64,000 nucleotides of DNA from Alphaproteobacteria bacterium (GTDB taxonomy: Bacteria; Pseudomonadota; Alphaproteobacteria; MPNO01), in NCBI GenBank assembly GCA_965200535.1, contig CBDAUF010000001.1:519821-583820 (forward strand). The letters run 5' to 3'. This document shows, in pieces, positions 56,401-64,000 of this stretch; position 1 is the first letter of the stretch, and each line of letters starts with the position of its first letter. The translations under genes were made by a program, and so were the position numbers. Below the pieces are notes generated by a model. It had not been told where the DNA came from. It saw only the letters and a program-made list of their open reading frames with translations, and did not search any database.

Positions 56401-58395
56401 ATGGCTGAACAACCGCCGGGCGCGGAAGGCGCCCGGCCGCCGGACGGGGCGGCACCGCTCCTCGCCAAGCGCAGCGAAGGCCGCGTCGTCAGGATTTCGA
56501 CCCATGCGCTGGGTGCCGTCATCACCCTGATTGTCCTGACCTGGGCGATCGAACTCTGGCTCAAGCTCGGTTTCCAGTGGTTCGACGAACAGGCGCTGGC
56601 GGCCTGTTTCGGGCTCACCCTCGCCATAATCTTCATCCGCTATCCGCTTGCCGGCGGGCGGGACCGGCCGTCGGTGCCGTGGTACGACGCGGTGTTCGCC
56701 GTGCTCGCCGTGGTCGCGTCCTCCTATCTGGTATGGATCTACGGCGACATCGAGACCAACCCGTTCGCCATGCGCGGGACGATGTTCTGGATCAGCGCCG
56801 TCCTGATCCCGCTCATGTGGGAGGCGCTGCGGCGCACCGCGGGCTGGAGCCTGACCGCGGTCCTCTCGGTCTTCCTCGTCTATGCATTCGTCGGGCATCT
56901 CGTCCCCGGTATGCTCCGGGGCTACGAGCAGGACAGCTACCGGCTGGTCGCCGAGCTCGGCGTCACCAATGTCGCCCTGCTCGGCCTGCCGCTGAAGATC
57001 ATCGTCCTCACGGTCGTGCTGTTCATCTGGATGGGGCAGCTCCTGCTCCACTCCGGCGCATCCAACTGGTTCACCGACCTTGCCGCCGCCGCGATGGGGC
57101 GGTCGCGCGGCGGCTCGGCGAAGATCGCCGTGGTCGCGTCCGGTCTGTTCGGCTCGATCTCGGGCTCCGCGGTATCGAACGTCGCCTCCACCGGGGTGAT
57201 CACCATCCCGCTGATGCGTCAGGCGGGCTACGACCGGAAGAGCGCCGGCGCAATCGAGGCGGTGGCTTCGACCGGCGGCCAGATCATGCCGCCGATCATG
57301 GGCGCGGCCGCTTTCCTGATGGCCGAACTGCTGGAGCTCGAATACACCGAGATCATCCTCGCCGCCCTCCTGCCGTCGATCCTCTACTACCTCGCGGTCT
57401 TCGTGCAGGTCGATCTCGAAGCGGCCAAGAACAACATCGCGCCGCTGCCGAAGGAGCGTATTCCACCGATCCTCCGCGTCCTCAGGGAAGGCTGGTTCTT
57501 CGCCCTGCCCTACGCGGTGCTGGTCTACGCCCTCTTCACCCTCAACCTGCCGGCCCAGGAGGCGGCGTTCTGGGCGGCGGTTTCGGTGGCCGTCGTCAGC
57601 ATCGTCTTCGGCTACCGGAAGCACCGGATCACCCCGGCCCAACTCTGGGATTCGATCGCCGGCTGCGGCCGCGCGTCGGCCGACATCGTCGTCATCGGCG
57701 CGATGGCCGGCATCATCATCGCCGTGCTCGACCGTACCGGGCTCGGCCAGGCGCTGACGCTCATCCTCGCCGCGGTCGGCGAAGACAGCCTGTTCCTGCT
57801 CCTCGCCCTGACCGCCGCCGTCTCCATCCTGCTCGGCATGGGGATGCCGACCTCGGCGATCTATCTCCTGCTGGCGACCATGATTGCGCCGTCGTTGATC
57901 AAGCTCGGCATCCACCCGATCGCCGCGCACATGTTCGTGCTCTATTTCGGGCTGATGTCGATGATCACGCCGCCGGTGGCGATTGCCGCTTTCGCGGCGG
58001 CTTCGTTATCCGGCGCGAAACCGATGGAGACCGGGATGACGGCGGTGCGGCTCGGCTGGATCGCCTATGTCATTCCCTTTGTCTTCGTGCTGTCGCCGGC
58101 GCTGATCGGCCAGGGCACGACACTCGAGATCGTGTCCGCTGGGGCGACCGCCGTCGTCGGCGTCTGGATCGCCTCCTGCGGGTTGATCGGCTACATGTTC
58201 TGCCGCCTCGGCGCTTTGGAGCGGCTGCTGACCTTTGCCGCCGGCATCATGCTCCTGTTGCCGGCGCATGCGATTCCCCACGGGCTGTGGATCAACGCGG
58301 GCGGGCTCGCGCTCGGCGGGGTTCTGGTCGGCAAGGACTATCTCGCACGCAGGCGGACGGGCCCGGGGTCTGCAGGAGGCGAAACCGCCGCATGA
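56401..58395 (+). CDS. TRAP transporter fused permease (TAXI-associated DctQM fusion)
   Basis: About 665 aa and polytopic. The start is uncertain between GTG 56341 and ATG 56401. The stop overlaps the downstream start (ATGA). Confidence 0.8.
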   Translation: MAEQPPGAEGARPPDGAAPLLAKRSEGRVVRISTHALGAVITLIVLTWAIELWLKLGFQWFDEQALAACFGLTLAIIFIRYPLAGGRDRPSVPWYDAVFAVLAVVASSYLVWIYGDIETNPFAMRGTMFWISAVLIPLMWEALRRTAGWSLTAVLSVFLVYAFVGHLVPGMLRGYEQDSYRLVAELGVTNVALLGLPLKIIVLTVVLFIWMGQLLLHSGASNWFTDLAAAAMGRSRGGSAKIAVVASGLFGSISGSAVSNVASTGVITIPLMRQAGYDRKSAGAIEAVASTGGQIMPPIMGAAAFLMAELLELEYTEIILAALLPSILYYLAVFVQVDLEAAKNNIAPLPKERIPPILRVLREGWFFALPYAVLVYALFTLNLPAQEAAFWAAVSVAVVSIVFGYRKHRITPAQLWDSIAGCGRASADIVVIGAMAGIIIAVLDRTGLGQALTLILAAVGEDSLFLLLALTAAVSILLGMGMPTSAIYLLLATMIAPSLIKLGIHPIAAHMFVLYFGLMSMITPPVAIAAFAAASLSGAKPMETGMTAVRLGWIAYVIPFVFVLSPALIGQGTTLEIVSAGATAVVGVWIASCGLIGYMFCRLGALERLLTFAAGIMLLLPAHAIPHGLWINAGGLALGGVLVGKDYLARRRTGPGSAGGETAA

Positions 58396-59600
58396 CGCTC
58401 TACAAATACAACTCCGCCGACAATCACCTCGACCAGCGCTGGATCCCGGCCCGGCTGTGGCAGGACCGGGTCGCCGCGAAATTCCGCGAGGACGCGCCCC
58501 GGGTGGTCGAGTACGAGGGCGCGCTGTGCTGGAGCTGGGAGGGCAAGATCGTCCGCGGGCGCGACGGCGGCACTGCGGACGGTCCCGACAACCGCGCCCT
58601 CCTGGACCAGTTTTTCGGCCCGTCGGGTGTGCGTATCCCGGACGGCAGTCTGCCGCCGTCGGATCCCGACCTCCTGCTCGAGCACATGGACCACGGCAGT
58701 GTCTACGGCTATGTCGGCTTCGGCTCGACGCGCAAGTGGGACATCGACGACCCGGCGCTTCGCCACGAGGTGCACCGCGTCTACAACGACTGGGTGATGG
58801 ATCTCAACGCCAGGGACCCCGACCGGCTGATGATCCTGCCCATCCTGCCGGTCTTCGACCCCGCCTCGGTGCCGGGGGAGATCCGTCGGCTGGCCGCGAA
58901 GGGGTGCAAGGCTGCCGAATTCGTACCCTTCGACGGGCTCCACCCCATGTTCCACGCGTGTTGGGAGCCGGTCTGGCAGGCGTTCGAGGAAACCGGGATG
59001 GTGTGCGCCTGCCACATCGGCGGCCATGTGAAGACGACCATCCCCCCGGCCGGCCGCGGCGAGCGGATGGCCTATTTTTCCTGCGCGCCGTTTTCGCTGT
59101 CGCGCCCGATGGCCGACATCGTCTACTGCGGCGCGCTCCAGCGCTATCCGGGGCTGAAGCTGCTGTTCGCCGAGTGCCGCGCCGGCTGGGTGCCGTTCCT
59201 GGTCTACTGGATGGACCGCCAGGCGGAAGAGCGCCCCGGCCTGTTTCGCGATACCGGACTCGCCGAACTGCCGAGCTTCTACGTCCGCCGGCAAATGCTG
59301 GTCACCTTCGAGGAGGATGCGATCGCGGCCCAGGCGATTTCCCACCCCGACAACATCCTTCGCGATGTCCTCGTCTTCGGCGCCGACTACCCGCATCCGC
59401 AGGGCACCTGGCCCGATCCGTCGCCGATCTTCCATGCGATGTTCAGGGGGCTCGACCCGGCGTTCCGCCACGAAGTCGTTTACGAGCGCATGCGCCGCTT
59501 CTTCGGCCTGGACGGACCGCCGCCCGACCGGGTGGCGACGCCCGCCATGATCGCCGACGACGGCGCCGGCAAGACCCGCACCCACGCAGATTACGAGTAG
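58392..59600 (+). CDS. amidohydrolase-2 family (ACMSD/TIM-barrel metal-dependent hydrolase-decarboxylase superfamily) protein
   Basis: Length is 402 aa. The metal-ligand-like positions are His (ACHIGGH), …FGADYPHPQG… and a late Asp, the Amidohydro_2 pattern. The start is translationally coupled to the TAXI permease. Confidence 0.7.
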   Translation: MTLYKYNSADNHLDQRWIPARLWQDRVAAKFREDAPRVVEYEGALCWSWEGKIVRGRDGGTADGPDNRALLDQFFGPSGVRIPDGSLPPSDPDLLLEHMDHGSVYGYVGFGSTRKWDIDDPALRHEVHRVYNDWVMDLNARDPDRLMILPILPVFDPASVPGEIRRLAAKGCKAAEFVPFDGLHPMFHACWEPVWQAFEETGMVCACHIGGHVKTTIPPAGRGERMAYFSCAPFSLSRPMADIVYCGALQRYPGLKLLFAECRAGWVPFLVYWMDRQAEERPGLFRDTGLAELPSFYVRRQMLVTFEEDAIAAQAISHPDNILRDVLVFGADYPHPQGTWPDPSPIFHAMFRGLDPAFRHEVVYERMRRFFGLDGPPPDRVATPAMIADDGAGKTRTHADYE

Positions 59601-59639
59601 TTCCGGGCGATCGCCGTTTCGGCCCGGCCCGGCGCGCTC

Positions 59640-60206
59640 CTATTCGGCCGCCTGTTCCGCCGCGACCGCGGCCGTCCGGCCGCGGGAGGCCAACCGGTCG
59701 ATTTCCTCGCGATAGATGTCGTCGTCCATGAAACCGATCGGGCCCGGCTGGCCGCTGCCGATCATGATCTGGATCAGCGCGTCCTTGTCTCCCTCGTTGA
59801 CGAAGCCGTGCGGAATGCCGGCGGGGCAGAGCGCGACCTCGTAGGGGCCGAGCGTGTTGCCCGCCTGGCGCCCGGTCTCGTCCTGAAAGAACACGGTGAG
59901 TTCGCCTTCCAGAACGAAAAACGCCTCCTCCACCTCGTGGGTGTGGGCCGAGCCTCCCTGGCCCGGCGGCACGATCAACATCGACAGCGTGAAACCGCCC
60001 GCCGGCAAAGCGTGCGGGTCGGTCTTGCCCGAACCGCCGACGCCGATCAGGCGGAACTGCGCCCGGCGCCGGCCCTCGATCCGGGAATCGGCGAACGCGT
60101 CCCAATCGGGTTCGAGGTCGCGGTAGCGGACCACCTGCTGCGCCGCCAGGTCGTCTATCGTCGTGTCCCTGTATGCGGCCGGGATCTCGTGCCTGACGCG
60201 CTGCAT
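59640..60206 (-). CDS. cupin-domain protein
   Basis: A GGAGAG RBS lies 7 nt before ATG 60206 (MQRVRHEIP). The cupin motifs are GGSAHTHEVEEAFFVLEGE and PAGIPHGFVNEG. Confidence 0.6.
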   Translation of the reverse strand: MQRVRHEIPAAYRDTTIDDLAAQQVVRYRDLEPDWDAFADSRIEGRRRAQFRLIGVGGSGKTDPHALPAGGFTLSMLIVPPGQGGSAHTHEVEEAFFVLEGELTVFFQDETGRQAGNTLGPYEVALCPAGIPHGFVNEGDKDALIQIMIGSGQPGPIGFMDDDIYREEIDRLASRGRTAAVAAEQAAE

Positions 60207-60281
60207 GTTCGTCTCTCCGTCAGCCATAGGTTCAACGGCCGGGATCGTGGCCCAGCCGGCCGGGGCTTGCAAGCCGGCCGA

Positions 60282-60758
60282 TCACGGGGAATCCACCCGC
60301 ATCTGCGCCTCGACCTCGATGGCGACGCCGAAGGGCATGCCCGCAACGCCGACCGCTGTCCTCGCGTGACGGCCGGCATCGCCGAAGATCTCGATCAGCA
60401 GTTCCGAGGCGCCGTTCAGGGTCTCGGCAATCTGGGTGAAGTCGGGGTCGATATTGATGAAGCCGCGCACATTGACGATCTCGCGCACCCGGTCGAGGTC
60501 GCCGCCGAGCGCCTTGCGCGCATGGGCGAGCACATTGAGCGCGCTCAGCCTCGCCGCCGCCCGGCCCTCCTCGAGCGAAAACTCGCGCCCGACCTTGCCG
60601 ACATAGCGGATCTCGCCGTCGAGGCGGGGCACCGCACCCGACACGTACATCCAGTCGCCCGAGATCTTGGCGGTGAGAATCTTCGCCGCCGTGGGCGCTC
60701 CCGCCTCCGGCAACTCGATCCCGAGCGCCGCCAGCCGCGCCTCTATCCGCCCCGCCAT
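60282..60758 (-). CDS. RidA/YjgF/TdcF-family (reactive intermediate deaminase) protein
   Basis: A GGAGGA RBS precedes [22 protein letters not shown]. The fold runs about 158 aa and the C-terminus is AIEVEAQ. Confidence 0.75.
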   Translation of the reverse strand: MAGRIEARLAALGIELPEAGAPTAAKILTAKISGDWMYVSGAVPRLDGEIRYVGKVGREFSLEEGRAAARLSALNVLAHARKALGGDLDRVREIVNVRGFINIDPDFTQIAETLNGASELLIEIFGDAGRHARTAVGVAGMPFGVAIEVEAQMRVDSP

Positions 60759-60913
60759 GCCATCCTCCGCCGTTCCGCTGCCGCGCCGCCCGCCCCGCCG
60801 GCGCCCGGGAGCCATTGTGCCAGACCGATGCCGGCCGCGGGCGGGCTTTTTCGCACCGCCCGGCGTCCCTAATATCCGGGGCGCACCGATTACGGCACGA
60901 CTGGCGAGGCACG

Positions 60914-62608
60914 ATGAGCAACAACATGGGCAGCGAGGTCAAATCCGACCTCGAGATCGCGCGCGCGGCCAGCCTTGCGGAAATCACCGAGATCACCGGT
61001 TCGCTCGACATTCCGGACGATGCGGTCTATCGCTTCGGCCCGCACAAGGCGAAGGTCTCGCTCGACTACATCGACACCCTTTCCGACAGGCCGGCCGGCA
61101 AGCTGATCCTGGTCACCGGGATGACGCCGACCCCGGCCGGCGAGGGCAAGACGACCACCACTGTCGGGCTTGGCGATGCGCTGAATGCGATCGGCAAGCG
61201 GGCTGCGATCTGCCTGCGCGAGCCCAGCCTCGGGCCGTGCTTCGGCGTCAAGGGCGGGGCGGCCGGCGGCGGTTATGCCCAGGTCGTGCCGATGGAGGAC
61301 ATCAACCTCCATTTCACCGGGGATTTCCACGCCATCGGCTCGGCCCACAACCTGCTGGCGGCGCTGCTCGACAACCACATCTACTGGGGCAACGCGCTCG
61401 GCATCGACTCCCGGCGGATCGCGTGGCGCCGGGTGGTCGATCTCAACGACCGGGCGCTGCGCTCCATCGTCGGCTCGCTCGGCGGCGTCGCCAACGGCTT
61501 CCCGCGCGAGGACGGGTTCGACATCACCGTTGCCTCGGAAGTGATGGCGGTGTTCTGCCTCGCAGAGAGCCTCGCCGACCTCAAGGAGCGCCTCGGCAAC
61601 ATCGTCGTCGCCGAGACCCGGGCCCGGGAACCGGTCTTCGCCCGCGACCTCATGGCGCCCGGTCCGATGACCGCGCTGCTGAAGGAGGCGATCCTGCCCA
61701 ACATGGTGCAGACGCTCGAGAAGACGCCGGCTTTCGTCCATGGCGGGCCGTTCGCCAACATCGCTCACGGATGCAATTCGGTGACCGCAACGCGGACTGC
61801 CCTCAGACTCGCCGATTACACGGTGACCGAGGCGGGGTTCGGCTCCGACCTCGGCGGCGAGAAGTTCATCGACATCAAGTGCCGCAAAGCCGGTCTCGAG
61901 CCCGATGCGGTGGTGCTGGTCGCCACGGTGCGCGCGCTCAAGATGCATGGCGGGGTCGCCCGCGACGCGCTCGGCGCGGAGAATGTCGCGGCGGTCCACA
62001 AGGGCGTCGCCAATCTCGAGCGCCATATCGAGAACATCCGAGGTTTCGGCGTGCCGGTCGTCGTGGCGCTCAACCACTTCAACGCGGACACCGCCGCCGA
62101 GGTCGCGGTGGTGTCCGAGACCTGCGCCGCGCACGGGGTGGAGGCGGTCGACTGCACCCATTGGGGCGAGGGCAGCGCCGGCGCCGTGGCGCTGGCGGAA
62201 AAGGTGGTCGCCGCGGCCGAGGCCCCGAACGACGGGTTCCGCCTCCTCTACCCCGACGAGATGCCGCTGTGGGAGAAGATCGAGACCATTGCGCGCCGCA
62301 TCTATCGGGCCGGTTCCATCAGCGCGCCGGACCGGGTCAGGCGGCAGATCGAGGGCTATCAGAAGGACGGCTACGGCACCCTTCCGGTATGCATGGCCAA
62401 GACCCCGCTCAGCTTCTCGGCCGATCCCGCACTCCGCGGTGCGCCGGAGGGCCACGATCTCAATGTGCGCGAGGTGCGGCTGGCAAACGGGGCGGGCTTC
62501 GTGATCGCCGTCTGCGGCGACATCATGACCATGCCCGGGCTGCCGCGGGTGCCGGCGGCGAATAACATCACGGTCAACGACCGGGGCGAGATCGAGGGGC
62601 TGTTCTGA
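60914..62608 (+). CDS. fhs: formate--tetrahydrofolate ligase
   Basis: Length is 564 aa. [19 protein letters not shown] precedes the P-loop [20 protein letters not shown]. It is collinear with FTHFS throughout. Confidence 0.95.
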   Translation: MSNNMGSEVKSDLEIARAASLAEITEITGSLDIPDDAVYRFGPHKAKVSLDYIDTLSDRPAGKLILVTGMTPTPAGEGKTTTTVGLGDALNAIGKRAAICLREPSLGPCFGVKGGAAGGGYAQVVPMEDINLHFTGDFHAIGSAHNLLAALLDNHIYWGNALGIDSRRIAWRRVVDLNDRALRSIVGSLGGVANGFPREDGFDITVASEVMAVFCLAESLADLKERLGNIVVAETRAREPVFARDLMAPGPMTALLKEAILPNMVQTLEKTPAFVHGGPFANIAHGCNSVTATRTALRLADYTVTEAGFGSDLGGEKFIDIKCRKAGLEPDAVVLVATVRALKMHGGVARDALGAENVAAVHKGVANLERHIENIRGFGVPVVVALNHFNADTAAEVAVVSETCAAHGVEAVDCTHWGEGSAGAVALAEKVVAAAEAPNDGFRLLYPDEMPLWEKIETIARRIYRAGSISAPDRVRRQIEGYQKDGYGTLPVCMAKTPLSFSADPALRGAPEGHDLNVREVRLANGAGFVIAVCGDIMTMPGLPRVPAANNITVNDRGEIEGLF

Positions 62609-62612
62609 GCCC

Positions 62613-62873
62613 ATGCCGCGGGGAACGGAGATGACGGCGGACGCCGCGCGCTCCGGTCTGCGACGGCGGACCCTGATCGTATCGGGCCACCGGACCAGCG
62701 TCGCGCTCGAGCCCGCGTTCTGGCGGGAGATCTCCGCCATCGCCGGGGCGCGCAACCAGACCGTGGCGGCGTTGATCAGCGAGATCGATGCCGCGCGGCC
62801 GGGCAGCCTAGCCTCGGCAATCCGCGTCTACGTCGTCGAGCAGTTGCGCGCCGCCTCCGCGCCTGCGGGATGA
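62613..62873 (+). CDS. small ribbon-helix-helix-like protein (family often mis-annotated 'aryl-sulfate sulfotransferase')
   Basis: Length is 86 aa. RTSVALEPAFWREISAIAGARNQTVAALISEIDAARPGSLASAIRVYVV matches the small alphaproteobacterial RHH-like family. It starts 5 nt after the fhs stop. Confidence 0.4.
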   Translation: MPRGTEMTADAARSGLRRRTLIVSGHRTSVALEPAFWREISAIAGARNQTVAALISEIDAARPGSLASAIRVYVVEQLRAASAPAG

Positions 62874-62882
62874 CCGTGCGGC

Positions 62883-64000
62883 TCAGTTGCCGAGCCGGCT
62901 GAACGCCCATTTGATCGTCGCCGCGCCGTTCGACACGGCGCCGGTGATGACGATCTGCTGGGTGCGCCGAGGCCGGCGGTGGAAGCCGAGATAGACGCTT
63001 TCCTGCAGGCCGACGACCCCACCCTCGGCGCGAAACCGCCAGCCTTCCCCGTCGCGCAGCCGGAGCAGCACCGATGCCTCGTTCTGCGCCATCGAAGCGC
63101 TGACCGAAGGGTGAAGATGGAAACGGGCTGCGAAACGGTGCTGACGACGGCTCGATATGCTGTCCTCGCCGCGGAGATTCGATCCGCTCGCCGACAGGTA
63201 GAGCCGGCGCCGGTGAGCGAGGCCGGGGATCCCGCCATAGGAATCGATCGCCGCGTCGAGCCATAGATTGCCTTCGTCCTCGTGGCGGTCGGCCTCGACG
63301 ACGCGCGGGCGGGCCGCGATCAGGTCGCCGGGCAGCACGCCGGCCGAGTTGCGGTCGTCGATCGCAACCGTCGAGTGGGCCGCGGTGGCGCGCTGGGCGT
63401 AACGCCAGTCCTCGCTCGCGCCCGAATAGGCCCCGCAGTTGACGATCATTCGCTGACGGCCGACGCTCATCTCGAAGCTCAGGGTGCCGGCGTGGGCGTG
63501 CTGGTCGAAGCCCGGCGGCGGCACCGGGCCCGCGTCCATCAGCACCAGCGTGCGGTCGGCTTCGAGACGTTGGAAATCCGTATCCTGGGGTGCCTCGTCG
63601 ATCGGGTCGTCGCACGCCTTGGCCCGGTCGAGCACCAGGTCGATCAGCCAATTCCGTTCCTCGTCGCTGTCGTTGAACAGGGACAACCGGCCATCGCCGT
63701 GGCGCATCCGGCGCAGCCCCTCCGCCATCCGGGCGATCGCCGAGTCGACCGGCCGCGGTGGGTCTATCCCGGAATCGTACAGCACCCCGTGCAGTTCGAG
63801 CAGGCGCTGAAGTATCCGCAGTTGCCGCAACGGGCTCCGCGCAACATGGGTTCCGTCGGTCGAGACCTGGGCGAAGATCTCGGCGCTCAGCATGTCCAGC
63901 CAACGCGGCACATTGCGCGCCTGCGCGGGCAGGCATATCCCGGCGAGGACCAGAGCCGAGAGCACATCGATCCTGTCGACCCCGGAATCCAGCATCCGGG
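62883..64000 (-). CDS. heparinase II/III-like family protein, N-terminus beyond window end
   Basis: The ORF is open to the window edge. Only the C-terminal ~370 aa are visible. The resemblance to the heparinase II/III C-terminal beta-sandwich region is modest. Confidence 0.5.
   Translation of the reverse strand, partial: RMLDSGVDRIDVLSALVLAGICLPAQARNVPRWLDMLSAEIFAQVSTDGTHVARSPLRQLRILQRLLELHGVLYDSGIDPPRPVDSAIARMAEGLRRMRHGDGRLSLFNDSDEERNWLIDLVLDRAKACDDPIDEAPQDTDFQRLEADRTLVLMDAGPVPPPGFDQHAHAGTLSFEMSVGRQRMIVNCGAYSGASEDWRYAQRATAAHSTVAIDDRNSAGVLPGDLIAARPRVVEADRHEDEGNLWLDAAIDSYGGIPGLAHRRRLYLSASGSNLRGEDSISSRRQHRFAARFHLHPSVSASMAQNEASVLLRLRDGEGWRFRAEGGVVGLQESVYLGFHRRPRRTQQIVITGAVSNGAATIKWAFSRLGN

Noticed and set aside
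56314-57930. 538 aa ORF antisense to the TAXI-associated fused TRAP permease
   Set aside because: It is Asp/Arg/Glu/Gly-rich without hydrophobic or catalytic motifs. The sense-strand permease is strongly supported.
59603-59627. Possible bidirectional terminator hairpin (ccgggc-N13-gcccgg) between the convergent amidohydrolase and cupin genes
   Set aside because: The stem is only 6 bp and there is no T-run. Motifs like this are common by chance in 68 % GC DNA.
1-64000. tRNA/rRNA genes, CRISPR repeats, IS elements, integrases, phage or defence-system genes
   Set aside because: No cloverleaf-compatible conserved tRNA boxes, no regular direct-repeat array, and no transposase, integrase or nuclease-like ORFs were seen in any intergenic region or ORF translation.

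Overview
The window is high-GC (~68 %) alphaproteobacterial chromosome. The mutM/ubiE/ubiB/coaBC/dut synteny in the first ~8 kb is typical of Rhodospirillales. Almost every intergenic gap is short, and many start/stop codons overlap (ATGA/GTGA).

Positions 1 to ~8.3 kb are housekeeping: amidase (5' truncated), enoyl-CoA hydratase, mutM, then a co-directional, translationally coupled run ubiE-ubiB-coaBC-dut-MoeB/ThiF-like-DsrE-like.

The remaining ~55 kb is a dense accessory, catabolic mosaic. It holds five TRAP transporter systems: three DctPQM, one TAXI with a fused permease, and one decaying DctPQM carrying a nonsense and a frameshift lesion. It also holds four amidase-signature paralogs, a canonical gentisate 1,2-dioxygenase, and a 'split' bicupin made of two in-frame mono-cupin genes. 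Other genes include a LigB-type extradiol dioxygenase, an AiiA-like lactonase, two TauD/TfdA dioxygenases, two ACAD-fold flavin monooxygenases, two luciferase-like (LLM) oxidoreductases and an M20 peptidase. phaB-phaA is present, as is an orphan CoxL-type molybdopterin subunit.

There is a rubrerythrin / CCG-FeS / DUF3501 operon preceded by an Irr-type iron-control element and a sigma70-like promoter. A compact four-gene operon encodes an ICL/PEPM-fold protein with a non-canonical catalytic loop, a class-A FAD hydroxylase, a domain-permuted fused TPP decarboxylase and a NIPSNAP protein. The 3' end carries ctaA, a TerB-like protein, fhs (formate-THF ligase), RidA, cupin, a small RHH protein and a truncated heparinase II/III-like gene.

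I saw no rRNA, tRNA, CRISPR array, IS element or integrase. All functional calls rest on motif and family resemblance read by eye from the translations; no database search was run.
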